Source: Tubiluchus corallicola (lineage: Eukaryota; Animalia; Priapulida). Taken from it: a stretch of DNA of 64,000 bases. A program made the position numbers and the translations under genes. The notes under the pieces are model-generated. The model was not told the DNA's origin and did no database searches. It worked only from the letters and a program-made list of their open reading frames with translations. The stretch lies in the NCBI GenBank assembly GCA_030141605.1, contig JAQGDQ010000048.1, positions 682,001 through 746,000 of the forward strand, in the 5' to 3' direction. Shown here piece after piece: positions 39,001 to 54,000 of this stretch (positions are counted from its first letter, which is position 1; each line of letters begins with the position of its first letter).

Positions 39001-42000
39001 GTCAGATAATATAACAATCCTAAGCTACACAAATGCACAGTTTACTGCCTTGATTAAGATGACATATTAATGAAAATTTCTTACTTTTTTCATGTTTTCT
39101 TGTGCATTCAGGTCGGAATATGAATGCTTTCAAATAGAATTATCTAAAAATTATGGAATCGTTGATTGGAAAGAAGATTTGAAAAAATTAATGATGAAGG
39201 CGGGACTTGCAGATGACACTGTTGTATTTCTCTTTAGTGATACACAGGTAATAATTGAGTTGTACTTATTCATGTCTGGATTTTTTTAATCATTTTCCAC
39301 TCAAATAGAACTTTCTGACTGCTTTCCTAGGTCTACTCAATCTAAATTGAGCATCCGGTCATATCCTTGGGGAAGAAAGGCAGCCGAATGACGGGTTAAC
39401 CACCCCGTCCACCTTGTATACAGAGATTAGGAATATAAATGCTGTAACCATTTTTTCCTATACCGTTAGATGTCAGACTATTCTTCTTCTCTTTCTAATT
39501 TGTCCAGCATATGAAGTTAAATTTGTACTACTTAAGGTAAGAGCTCTAAAGCAAGAAAAAGCAGAACATGCAAAAAATATTAATGCAAGCTGAGCTGAAA
39601 ATATCTGATTACATTCCAAATATTATTATAAGGCACAAAAAATTGTTTCTCTCTTATCTCATGAGCTCAAGATGATAGTAATGAAGGAGGAAAATTTAAA
39701 AAAAATTTTTTAAAGCTTTGTGATAATTTTTTTATAGCTGCATTGTGGAATATTTAAAATCAGTTGAAATCAAAGTTTGTTTATTTCCCACTATCTAGCA
39801 GTAATGTTTTAAATTTTTTCAATGTACATTTTCATGCTTTGTTTTCCACTTTTTGTTTTGCTAGATTACTAAATTATCATATAATGAACGATTATCGTAT
39901 AATGTCTTTTTTGTATCGTATTAATGCATGTTCTGATAATTATTGTATAAGCGGTAACACTACTCGGCTGTTAATATGCTGATTTGGCGGAAAATACGAT
40001 ATTTTTTAGCCTCTAATACCATAGTTATCCGTAGCATAACATGGCTGCATCCTCGCCGAAACAACTTTGTTATAATAATTATTTGTTTTATGTTTTAAAT
40101 TAAAAAATACACTTTTTTATGACAGCATCAGATAAGTATATGGACGTGCAAAAAAAATTGTATAATTCCTGGCCAGTGTGCAATAAGAAAATATTACCTG
40201 GGCGATTAGAATATTACCTGGGCAATTAGATGCAAACAGAAGTATTGTTATTGTTGGCCTAATGAAGAAGTAAAACATAAACTAACATTAAAGTAACCTG
40301 CTGAATTTTCCTCAGAGCAATCTAAAATGAATACAACGGTGCCACAATAGCAAATGTATTAATAATAAAGACACGTTTAATCAACTAAACACTTGGACAA
40401 ATAATCAATTATAGAATCAAAAATTATTTTAAACAGTGCATGAGTGTAATAAATGGAGAATATATGGGCTTTAAGAAATTTCCCATATCCATGTGTAATG
40501 CTTTGCGGCACCCCTATCACCTGGTGTGACACGGTCGTCCATCTTGGTCATACTTTGTCCTTTGATCTCTCTGATGACTCACATATTACGCAAAAGAGCA
40601 GATTTTGTGTATCGTGCAAACAACATCATTTGTAACTTTGGTTTTGTAAAGTACCAAATCAAAACAAAAATTTTCATGACTTATTGTCACCGTTTCTATG
40701 GAAGCCAGGCATGGCTTCTAGATAAATGTAATTTAAAATTTATCGATATGTCCTGGAATACTGCCCTGCGTAAGTTATGGTGCCTCCCATATCGAGAGTA
40801 ATTGTATATTACTGGTAATTATACATTACCTTATATTTATATTACCAATATTGTACATCCAAGTCAACAGTTTGTCAAGCGTTTTATTAAATACTATATT
40901 AATTATAAACAAAATAGTAACACTATTGTTAAGTTTGTGGCACATAAGCTCTTTACTGTTAAGTCAGCAATTGGTTTTAATTTACAACATATATGTTGCA
41001 CATTGTATTGTAGTAGTTATCAGTTAGAAAATGGATATAATATTTTGGCAAGGAGATCAGTGAGGAAAAGGCTTTGATAGCAAACCAACAGGTAATTGTT
41101 AATATGGTTAGAGACTGCGCCGAATGCTTAGAATGTAATGATTTTAAGTTTTTAAACACACCACAACTGCGGTCATTTATTCTAAATTTCATTGTTGCAT
41201 GTTAATTTGTAAGAAATTGTACTGCTATTATATATTTTTCTGAAACACTAGGTCCATTAATCCTTTTTTACTATTTTTATGTTGCTTTATAAACTAATCG
41301 TGTAAATAATCTTGACCGATAGTACTTTTATGAATTACTTATGTAAAGTATATTCGAAATAAAATGATGATAATAATAATAATAATAATGATAATTGAGA
41401 AAAGTACCTTTCAGTAATGTGTCTGTAGGGCAAATGAATAAGTAGAAAGAAATGAGCAATGCGTGAATTCGAACCTTGAGTCTGAGTTGTTATTTGTGTA
41501 TCAATAATTCATTCGAAAGATGCATATAGAAGCTCTATTTTTTGTACATAAATTAACGTTTTTATGATGGTATTTTGTTATAAGATGAACATGATGAGCA
41601 TTCGTTCGTAATGTATTAAAATACGTGGATTTATTTGTTGTGTTTAAGTTATTTTATTATTTATTTTATATAGATAAAAAGCGAATCATTTCTAGAGGAC
41701 ATCAATAATATTCTCAATTCTGGCGATGTGCCAAACATTTACACCCAGGACGATTTAGAGAAGATTTACGAAGAAATAAAACCATTTGCAAATGAACTTG
41801 GGCTTCAGCCAACTAAGACCAATCTTTTTTCTGCATACACCAAACGTGTGAAAAACAACCTACATACAGTGATTGCTATGAGGTAGAAGAACCATTGTTA
41901 TGTTGTCAAAATTACCTTTATTCTGTGTTAATTCTTGTATTATCTATCTATTTTACTTTGCAACTGTCACAGGTAACATGTTACTTTGTAAAGATGATAA

Positions 42001-45000
42001 TTTGACAATGTTTCTTTTGTAGCAAAATATCTGTTACTTAATCTCCATAGCTACAGATAATGTGTTACTGTCTAACACTGCTTTTTTAAGCTGCTTCTGT
42101 CCAAATATGTGTCAACACTCTTGTTTCCGTGCTTATACGTTCAAAACGTGGCAAGCTCCACTGATTAATGCCAGGCGCTCTTGTCTACTACTGCTGCCCA
42201 CGATACCTCATCCCTCAAATCTAGAGTTGCATTTGCTAAATTTTTTTGCAGTAGATTTATATTTGTTAACTGCAACATATCAAATGCTGGCCTGTTTTAT
42301 TTAGTTGTGTGCATTTTTCAGCAACAGTCAGTACATACACTCGACTGGATTTCATCTTATATTCTATGTGACTAAACTAACAGTTCCATGGTTGGTTAGT
42401 TAAAGTTATAATTAAATTTATAATTAAAGCATTACTATAGTACACTCTACAATGTATGAACTTTTTGTTTTCAGCCCAATAGGAGAAGTGTTTCGAGCTA
42501 GACTAAGGCAATTTCCTGCTCTTGTAAACTGCTGCACAATTGACTGGTTTTCTGAATGGCCAGCAGAGGCACTTGAAAGTGTAGCCATGAGCTTCTTGAA
42601 TGAGATGCCTGATCTAAGTGTAACTGATATTGATGTGATGCAAGGTCTGGTAGGTCTTGCTTCTAAAGTACAGTCAGTATTGTTTTATAATATTTGCAGT
42701 AAATGGTAAGTCTTGCGGTGTGAACATTTGCTGAGCTAAACATTCAGTCATGTAAGAGTTTCTTTTTTCTGAGGCTTCATCTAAATCTAGAGAATTACAA
42801 GCTATTACTGTGAAGATGAATTATCAAGAACAGAGGCAGAATTTTGAACGGGGCCAGATGAGTGACCACATGTGGGGCAAGCAAATAGCTGCATCCTTGG
42901 CTATAAAATTCAGTGTCTACTCTCCGAAGATCATCCTTGAGTAATGTAATGAGTAGGGCTTGGTTATTTGCCATGGCCATCTCTACTAAATAGGCCTTGT
43001 CACTAACTGCTGGATCTCTGCCAAATGCTGAGTGCTCAGTGCCGAATTAAAAAAAATCAATAGCCCCTTGCCAAATTAATTTTAAGTCTGTTAGTCACAC
43101 TGTTTTTTTTTAGAAAATGCTGTTGTACTTTGTACAATTTTAGTTTGCAGTAATTTTATTTTTGGCATGAAATTTTAGCATTTAAAATTTGAGATATTTT
43201 TATGTTTCCGTTATTATTTTTATTCAAGATTTCGATGTGCCAAGAGATACACACGACAGCTTCGCAGCGATCACACTATTTTCTAACAGAACTTTCCAGA
43301 CATGTGTATGTAACACCAACTAGCTACTTGGAATTATTGGGAATATTTTCTCGTCTTTTGACCATCAAAAAAACTGAGCTGTATATGGCAAGAGAACGAA
43401 CAAAAACTGGTCTTGATAAGGTATATTATCTTATATTTTTATAGGTGTCCTATCTCTTGAGACAAGTTATCTCCAGATTTTTTTGCTTTTTAGGGAAAAC
43501 AACAAGAAACATAAGAAAAAACAGATATTGTTCACATGTAGCAACAAAAGCAAAATAATACCAAGCTGATGCAAATGCAAATTTTATTAAAAATTTATTA
43601 AGTATTTTAATAATTTTTTTATTAAAAATTTGAAATCGTATTAGAAATTATTAGGAAATATTAGAAATCTGTCAAATATATCTCTTAAGAGCTTGTTATT
43701 TTGTTTTAGCAGTTGCAGTCATAAAGTAAAGTAGGTTATCGGTGATGCCAAAACATAATTTGCTGATGTGACATATAGTCAGGTATAACTGTAACAGATA
43801 GCAAATGTTAAGAAAACATTTTTAATGTCATTATCACTACTGCTGTTTCTGCATTTATCATTCTGCAGTTCCTACTGCTGTGACAGCTGATATCTGTGGC
43901 AGTTTTACTACTGTTGTTTGTTGTTGCTAAACCAAACTAGCATTGTAGTCTAAATGTTCACGTTAAAACATTCACTTAAAATTTCTCTGGAATACACTTG
44001 TAGTAATTTATTTTTTAGTTACTGGCAACTGCTGAACTTGTTAGTGAGATGCAAAAAGAGCTAGAGATTTTGCGTCCAGAGCTCATGGAAGCCACGAAAG
44101 AGACAGAGCAGACAATGGCCAAGATTGCGGAAGAGACAGTATTGGCAGAGGAGACAAGAGTGAAAGTCGCAGAGGATGAAGCAATGGCAGAAGAACAGCG
44201 TGGTGTGTCCCAAGCCATTGCTGATGAAGCAGAGAAAGATCTTCAGGAAGCTTTACCAGCACTAGATCAAGCACTGAAGAGCTTAGATGCTTTAAACAAG
44301 AATGATATTGTAGAGGTGACTTTAACTGTTTTTCACTGTCTTTATTAAATTTCTTGTTTTTCCTTCAATTTGTCATACTACAAGGCCCCGTTCTCAATGG
44401 TGTGTTTTTATGGCGAGACTAGAACAAATTACACATCCTCCTTCTATTACCGTATTACCGTGTATTGTCATATATATTACAATACATTACCTCCTTCTTT
44501 TTCTGCAAAGAAATAGTAAATGGCGGCAACGCAAGTGATCTCTCCTTGAATGAATAATGAATCTAGCTATTCATTCACTTACTAAGCTTAACATTGCTTA
44601 GTTTTGCTTGTCAAGCATGCAAAATGACACTCAAAATTTGGGCACTTCACAGTTTACTTTAATTAGTAGTGAGTAACGTAGTTTAATCGTTTGTTATTTT
44701 CTTATTTTAGGTTCGTGCAATGCAGAGACCACCAGAGGGTGTTCGTATGGTAATAGAAGCAGTCTGTATCATGAAAGGTGTGAAGCCCAAGAAAATAGCC
44801 GGTGAAAAACTTGGCCAAAAAATTGATGATTATTGGGACTGTGGTAAAGCACTCCTTCAGGACCCGCCAAAGTTCATTGAAAGCTTGTTTACATATGATA
44901 AGGTAGTTTCATGCTGATATAATTGATTTCTATCATTGTATGATTCTATGATTGATATCATACTCTGATTGTGTAGTATACACAATGGCTACTACAGGTG

Positions 45001-48000
45001 TATGCTCTTAAGTTTTCACATTAATTTTTGGTTAAATAGGAGTCTTGTACTTGTCAGAACTCAAAATAATCTTTTTTCTCAATTTTTACTTGGAAAGAGA
45101 GGGAATTAAAATAACAACAACAACAACAACAAAGGACAATTTAATTTTCCAAGTTATATGACTGTCAAATTTGTTTGAATTGTAAATTGTAATAACTTTT
45201 TTAAGTAATTTTGTTACAATACCTTCTGCTTTTCATGATCTTTCATTTAGTCACTTTAAAATTAATTAATTAAGCACCTCTAATTAATTAACCAATTAAC
45301 AAATGGATAGCTAAAGAAATTTTCATTTTGAGTCAAGGATAGCTGTCTACAATACCTACAATATTTTGTTACAATTCCTTTTGCTTTTCATGATCTTTCA
45401 TTTAGTCACTTTGAAATTAATTAATTAAGCACCTCTAATTAATTAACCAATTAACAAATTGATTGCTAATAATTTTTCATTTTGAGTCAAGGATAGCTGT
45501 CTATCCTACCATGACGACTAATCATCCTACCAAACTTTAATTCAATTGCATAAATACTGCTCAAGTTGAAAAAAGTGTGACAGAGAGAGTGAGGGAATGA
45601 AGGAATCACCAGATTTTTTCAAGACCAAATATTTATGGAGCTGTAAGATTAAAAAAGTAAGAAACTGATTCTCACATGGAATATGAATAAACAAAGAGTC
45701 TTATTTCATTAGAACAGAAATTTACCATTTCATACAATATCACACACATTTTTTGTAGTCTCACTTATAGAAAAAATTGAAAAATGGCCACACATTCTTT
45801 GAAAATAGTGAATATAATATATAAATATAAGATAGATGATTTGAAATTATGTTTTCTCAGATTTGTTTTGTTGAATATTTTAATTTTACAGCTGTTTTTT
45901 CAGGAAAACATTCCCGATAACATCATTTCAAAAATCCAGCCATTCATTGATTCTGAATCATTTCTACCAGCCAGCATCGCTAAAGTGTCTAAAGCTTGTA
46001 CGTCAATTTGCTTGTGGGTCCGTGCCATGTATAAGTACTACCACGTCTCTAAGGCTGTGGCTCCTAAGCGGGTAGGTTAAGTATTTACTTTGAGTCCAAT
46101 TTCAAATGATGGAGTATTTTTGTCGAAACAGTTTTTAGGTCCAGAAGTATATTTCACAATGATTTTTGTCTAAGATGTCAACAGACTTTAACTTTTAAGA
46201 CTACAATAGAACAGTGGTGGTTCATGTATATGCACTGTGAAACTGCAGCACTCCTTATTTTCATTAGAGATTATCGATAATATTCAACAGAATGAGTCAT
46301 TTTTTCTTTAATTCTTTCTTTATATGTTTACGGAGCCAGAGCATGTGACAGAACTGTGTGCTTCACAGGTCCAGCACTGCACGCTCACAACTCCATCAGC
46401 CTGGTGTTTGGCTGTTGTACGCATGTGGCTATGTGCACATGGCTGAGATAGGATGCTGCACTCTATGTAGAGAGAGCACTGTCGCTCGCACAGTGTGCGT
46501 TGGTAGTTGCCACAAGCTTAAAAACCGTGTACCGGCATATTCTTGAATGTGATGAAGCACAAGATTAGATTTTAACGTAAAATTTATATAATTTAATCAT
46601 GGCCTCCTTGCATCCCCAAGAAATACGTTTGGTGACTATAAATGAATTTCAACAACTTAAGTTTGGACAGTTGTCCCTCCGTGAGAAAGTTGCAGTTAAG
46701 AAAAGAGGATGCTCAACGATTTTCAAATATCTCATCTAGGGATATGTATAAATTTATGTACAAGTTTATGCATAAATTTTTGTATGTTTGTTTGTTTAAA
46801 ATTACAATTACAAATTACAACATTAAAATTACATATGGTACTCTGAGCAACTGTGAGACCAAGACCAAAATCTGTGTCCAACAAATTAACAATTTCGATC
46901 CTTAGAAATGTTTGCTGTGAAAACTCAAACTGTGGTTATTCATAGTTTACAAATAGTTAGTGATTTAGCAGTAATGTTATTAGGTCAGGTTCTTTTATGG
47001 ACAACTAGGTTCAGAGAGCAAGAATTAGATAAAACAAATCTGGAAAAACCAAAACCTGTTGCAGAACTGTCAAAAATTGAGCTCCACAAGATTGCATGTG
47101 ACGAAAATGGCCTTGAAACTGGTTTTGTAATCACAAAATCTACACCTTTTTATGTATTGGAACATAGGCTTCATGTGTCACTGAGTGTCTCTTGAGCTTT
47201 ACATCAAATAATTTCAAGTGTTTTAAAAAGGAAAACATTCAGAATACACATGCTTACTGTCAGATTTTAAATGGTTTTTTAGGCTGCATTTGCAGAAGCC
47301 AATGCCGAACTTGAAGCCATGCAGAGACAGTTGGATGCTGCAAGAGCCAGACTTGCAGAGGTAGAACATAAAATAACATCACTTCAGCAAAGCTATGATG
47401 AATCAGTGCAGAAAAAGAAAGAGTTAGAAGATAATTGTGATCTCTGCGAACAGAGATTAATCAGAGCTGATAAGGTGAGCTGAATTAAGGCATTTAAAAG
47501 ATTTGTAAATGCTAAATAACTGTAGTAGAAAATATAATTTACAGGTTTCATTGATTTTTAGATATGTTGTTAACTTGTGCACACTGCACATACATGCTAA
47601 ATGTTGGTATAATTGCTTGTGTTCTATATACATGTAACCAATTATGCTAAAGTGTTTCATGTGTGTACTTAGGGACTACAGTGACTGTAACACCAAGTCT
47701 ATTCAGTGATTAGGTAGGTGACTGCCTGGTCCAGTCGTTGCTCTGAGTTCATCTCCTATCTGCCCTTGATTGTTAATCTTGTTGTGGGAAGCTGCTGACA
47801 CATCCGAACATAGCTAAGACACATCTGCTCTCCAGTGCCTCATTTCAGAGGTCTATCCTTCATAATGACATAGATTTTGGTTTTTGAATAATGTAGGCTG
47901 TACTGTTAAGTGCTGGATTTTCATTTGTGGAGTACCAAATATTATTAAAAGAATTGGTGTGAATAATTGTCATCTTTAAAACTGCACCAGTGAAAACTGT

Positions 48001-51000
48001 AGGCTTTTTCTTTTGCTGTTTAGCTGATTGGTAGTTTCTATTCATATCCATTGTCTTAATTCCGTAGTTTCATGTTTTCTAAGCCTTCTAATGCTGAGAT
48101 CATTATTTATTGTTGCAGCTCATAGGTGGCCTTGCTGATGAAAAAGACAGATGGCAAGATACTGTTGATTCTTTATGTTATATGATTAATAATCTTGTAG
48201 GCGATATTGTTATATCAGCTGGCTGCATTGCATATCTTGGACCATTTACGGTTAGTTCGCTATATTTTGACTTCCTAGTAAATTATTTAAGGACTAAGTT
48301 CTGTGACATATTTATATCGTTTATTTCTTGACGTCTTTATGAAGCAAATTTTCTCCAAATATCAATTGCCTCCAATTTTGATCTTGCATTTATTTTTTAA
48401 GTGTCATATGATGGAAACTGCTTGCTAATGAAACTTTAGTGAACTAGCGTCAGTGGATATTTATTAAAATAAATGTGAAAATAGCTACAGAACTAGTACT
48501 TCAAAAAGGTTTACAGTTGTAAATAAAATTCCAATAATTAAAAAAATTCTGTCTAGCCGAAAAACATTAAAAATTTAAAAAGATAACCAAGCTTAGCGTG
48601 ACTGAAAAAAATCCCGTTATATTGTTAAACAACACTTTAATATTTTTTGCTTTCCCGTCCATGTTTGTTAAGCCTTCATTTTGATTTTTCATTGTCAGCA
48701 CAAGTATACATACATTCTTTTACTAACTGAACAGCAAGTATCACTTCATGCTTTCATAATGCAGGCTTCATATCGAGCTTCAATAATAAAAGAATGGATG
48801 GAATGGCTAGATCATTATAAAGTGCCACACACAGAACATCCCTCCCTCATCAGTACGCTTAGCGACCCAGTGAAGATTCGTGCCTGGCAAATTGCGGGGC
48901 TACCGGATGATAACCTGTCCAAGGAGAATGCTGTTGTCGTGCAGTACAGTCAGCGCTGGCCATTGTTTATTGATCCACAAGGACAAGCAAATAAGTGGAT
49001 AAAGTGTTTGGTATGTTGAACCATCTGTGTAAATATGTAAACTTGTGTTACTAAGAACCGAGGTTTAAATAGTTAATTGTGTAAAATCATTCTGCTTTGC
49101 AATGAAGAGAAGAAGTACAGCCTTAGTAAAAAGATATAAAAAATGTTATTTCCTTTTAAATACACTGTGAATACTATCTAATTTTTTTTGTTCATCCTCT
49201 GGTAGTGCCATCAAGCTATTATGTCTTTAAAGAATTTCTGTAATTTTTTTAATTTCTGCCAACTGCATTATTGCAACCAGGACGAAGGCTAGCAACTTAG
49301 TGTTATACAACAACGCTATGTTGTAAAATGCAATTGTGTGTTTGTCTATTACGTTCTATATTTAATAAATGAAAAATTGTTAATACACACATTAAAGTTA
49401 TGTTTGCAGATTAAGTTATCAAGAATAATTTACCTGATGTTGATCCCATTTTGCTCTGTAATGTTGACATCTGGTGGACATCTTCTACTTCCAAACGTTG
49501 TACATCAAAATTAGTTGTAGTATGCATTTTTAAATCAGTGTTCAATGAATGACTAAAGCAAATGCATTGCAATGGATGACTAACACAAGTAAGAGATAAG
49601 AAAATTCAAAAACGCAATATTTTGTACATTCCTTTGAATGCACAAAATTGTTCATTGCAAACATAGCCTTCAGACTCTGTTTGTAAAAAAATTGCCTCGT
49701 GTATTTCAGTTTACAGCATGCTGATAAGTGCTCACATAGTATATCAGTATTTTTGTAAGACAATAGCTATTATTTATTGGCTATATGCATTATTTTTTAT
49801 ACATAGGAGAAAGATACTGGTATGGCTACTTTCAAGCTATCTGACAAGGATTTTTTGAGAAAACTGGAAAATTCGATTCGTTTTGGAAAGCCATGTTTGC
49901 TGGAAAATATTGAGGAAGAATTGGACCCGGCATTAGAACCCATTCTTTTGAAGCAGGTTATCATTGGGATAATCTTAATTCTTATATGTGGGGACCAAAT
50001 CGAGCCCAAAGATGTCACCACTGTTAATAACGCTCTTGTATTGTTATAAAAATATTTTATGTGTAGTACTTTGAGAAATTGCTAAGCAAATTTCCGGCTG
50101 ACTGGCACGTAAATTCTGTTCTCCTATTTGCCTTACGTGTTTTATAACCAGTGAGTGTCATTTAGAGACAGCGCTTCGAAGTCAGCAGTATAGTAATTTA
50201 CTTGTGCTTATAAGCAGTCATTGGTATCTTCACTCAAAATCATTTCTCCAATTGGTACAATAGATGCATATGTATTTACTTGTTTAACTGCTTGTGCCTT
50301 TAGAATTATTGTGGCTTTTATGTTTGAATGACACACCCAAGGACATGCATATAACCTCCTTTTGAGTTTTGTTCCAGGATTTATGCAGTTTCTATGCACT
50401 ATTGTATATTAGCTGGATAGAGACTTAACGCAATGGTTTCAGGAATCGTCACAAGTAAATTAAAGTTAGAAAAATCCTCTATTCAGCTTTTAGTTTTATT
50501 TTGCAGACATTTAGGCAGTCTGGCAGCACTGTGATTAAATTAGGTGATACAGTTATTCCTTACCATGATGACTTCAAGCTGTATATTACAACAAAACTAC
50601 CAAATCCTCACTACAAACCTGAAGTCAGCAGCAAAGTTACGTTGATCAACTTTACCCTTTCACCAAGGTAAGCAGCTTGTACAATTAAAAAGATACATTT
50701 AGCATTAAAAATACAGAAAGCAATCTGCCGCAAAGTGTATTAAAAGGAAATGAAGAAAAGCCACCTATTGTTATGTATTTTATTTTTATGAGATGTGTTG
50801 GAAAATTTGAGAATTCTGCCATTGGATGCTGCTGCGAACATCTATGATGTAACCACGATGGTATGCAAAAACCTGCAGATGTACTTAAAGTTGCCAGTAA
50901 TTTAGGGTTAAAGATAACTAATTATACATTTTCTTCTGTGTTTGTACTCTACCATAAGGGTGGCACTATCTGCACTAACTGCTGCACAGTAGATGTTTCC

Positions 51001-54000
51001 TTACTTCCTGTGGTCTCTATGCTTTTATATTGCTGGACAAATTTTAATCTTAAGTTATCCCATATTTGTATTCTTGTACCACCGTTATTTTCTCTTATGG
51101 AATTAAAGCTGACAAGCCACTGACATACATATCAGTGCCTAGTGATTGTTGGACTAATTTCAGTGTTTACCATGTCAAATAGATCTTGACAGCTGATCTA
51201 TTTTATTTTAGAATCTTACCTGTCCAATGTTTGTAATAAGCATAATTGGCAATTGGTAATAGCATTGATTTTTGTTTCGGTAGTCCCTAAATTAGCTTTC
51301 CTTTATTATAGTTGCTCCAATGAAGTAGGCAACTGTAGAATTATCTGTTCCATCTGTTTGCTTATTTGTCCATCTGCTGCCACTTCTTCTTGGCTGTGAG
51401 CTAATTTAGGAAGTTGACACCTCGCACAGTGGTAGGGCATGATTCAAGCTCAGAGCATATTAATCTTGGGGTCAATTGGTGCAGATTTAAACTTTTGCAA
51501 TTTTTGAAGGTTGACATATAACAAAATTCTATATAATGTAATATACCCCTGTGATGCTCACCACTCGGGTATACGTGGTTGATAAACACCAGTGACTGCT
51601 AAACGATTTATGATTCATTAGTAAGGCACCAGATAACAGTATCATTAACATATGTTAAATCCTCACAGTACGACGGTGGCTCTGTTTTTTTACAAGCATT
51701 TGGTATAATGTTCTTTTATGTTAAAATGATAATCCGTTTCAAAGTAAATACATTTTAGTTAAGAAATCTTCGAGCACGTCTTCATTTCACTGGATCTAAC
51801 TTTATTTCAGTGGTTTAGAGGATCAGCTTCTGGCATTAGTAGTTGCCGAGGAACGGCCAGATTTAGAAGAGGCAAAGAATGGTTTGATTATAAGCAATGC
51901 AAACATGAAAGCAGAGCTGAAGGAGATAGAAGATAAGATCCTAGCAAGATTGAGTGCTTCAGAAGGAAGTCCAGTCGATGATGTTGATCTGATCGAAACC
52001 CTTGCTGCATCGAAAGTGAAGTCACAAGAAATTTCTGTAAGAAACTTTATTACATTGCTGTGCCTTCTTTTTGTTGGTTTTATCAAGAACCTTTTGTTTA
52101 ATATAACAAGTCATTTATATTTTGTCAGTTATATGTGATTCAATGACAATTGCCTATTATCTGAAATTAATGTATAATTATTTGCTTAGAGCTAGAAATA
52201 AGTAGCATTTATGCACTGATTAGACTGTTTATCTAACTTTGATTTTTACAGTGAAAACTGTAAGACATAAAAATACTGTGATCTTATTCCCACTTACTAA
52301 GCTTTGTAATAAGCACAAGGTGTTAATATGCATATTTGCTTTAAGCCAGCTGTTCTATATCTGAAGTAAGATGACATTAAAAAACATTTAAAATATTAAC
52401 AAGAGACAAAAGTTTTTATGCTTATCGTTCCCAGGTATCTTTATAAAATCTTCCAATTATGGAGAACATACATATACAAGTTTTGTTTCAATTTATACTC
52501 TGTACGTACTCTTTGACAAGTTTGCTTGATTTTTATAGGCAAAAGTAGAGATTTCCGAGCAGACCGAGAAGGAGATAGATGAAACACGGTCACTGTATGT
52601 TCCTGTTGCCATCAGAGCACAGATTCTTTTCTTTTGCATGTCAGACTTGTCAAAAATTGATCCAATGTACCAGTATTCATTGGAATGGTTTAACAGGATA
52701 TTCCTGTTGGGTATAAAGAATGCAGAACCAGCAGGTAAGACTTGTAGTTTGCGTTGTACTGGCTGTCAATGATTCACATATTTATATGGCTTCTGTTATA
52801 TTCTTCTTTAAGATTATGCATTAGAATCACTTATTCCAGTAATCATTTTTGTACATAATGAATAAGTACTAACATTTAGTCTTTGGTTTTGGACGTTTAG
52901 GTTTTGGTTCAGAAACCAGAGTAACAGAGTGGTCACAAAGTGTTGAGAGAATTATTTTCCAGAACACAAAAATGTAACTACTAACATAACATATTTGTGG
53001 TGTTCTTGATGCCAAGAAAATTCTTGGTTTATTATTACTCAATAATAAATATGTTTTGTACAGATGAAGTTGCGGGAAGAATTGTGAACATCAATAATTA
53101 CTTCACATTCAGCTTGTACAGTAATGTCTGCCGATCTTTGTTTGAGAAGCACAAACTTCTCTTTTCCTTTCTCTTGTGCACCCGTATTCTAATGAATGAC
53201 GGCTTGATTGACAAAGTAAGTTTAGACAATAAATAGCTCATCTGTCTATCAGGTAAGGGATTGCTTATTGTGTTTCATAGGGTGTAGGTAAAAAACTTAA
53301 TAGCTCATGTGAAACTCGTAGCTTAGAAGTCACTTACAGTCAAGCTGGTGGTTTTTCAGTTACCCATATTACCTAAAGAGTGTATTGCTTATTTTGAATG
53401 AGTAATCAAATTGTAGTATTGTCTTCAATGTGTCTTTTTTCAGGAAATTATCTTACCTATTTTTAGAAAGTACACTTATCTTTTGTTTAGGATGAATGGA
53501 GATATTTGCTGTCAGGTGGAACTCACAAGCTAAACAAACATCCAAATCCTGCCCAAGACTGGTTACCCGACCATGCTTGGGATAGTTTTCTTACTCTAGC
53601 CAGTCTGCCAAATTTTACTGAACTTGCTGATAATTTTTCTGATCACTTGGACGGTTTCAAAAACATCTTTGACTCTGGTGAACCTTATAGGTATGCAAAT
53701 TTAAAAAGCACCACAAAACAAAATTTTTTAATCTATGTCGCAAGAGGGCAAAAACTGACCATAACACTTGTCTGAAAATCAAATAAGGTCTCGAGAGACA
53801 TTCCTGATATGTAGCTGTTAAGTCTATGACAGTGATGTACCTAATAAATCTTCTATGCTTCTAAAGCTATACACCGTATGAATGCTCCATTTGCTGTAGT
53901 ATGAATGTAGTGAATTTGCACTACTGACTTGTAGTTCTGCCCGCTGAATTGGAAAAATCATCAATTTATAGCAAATGTTACATTTGTTCTGAATACTTAA

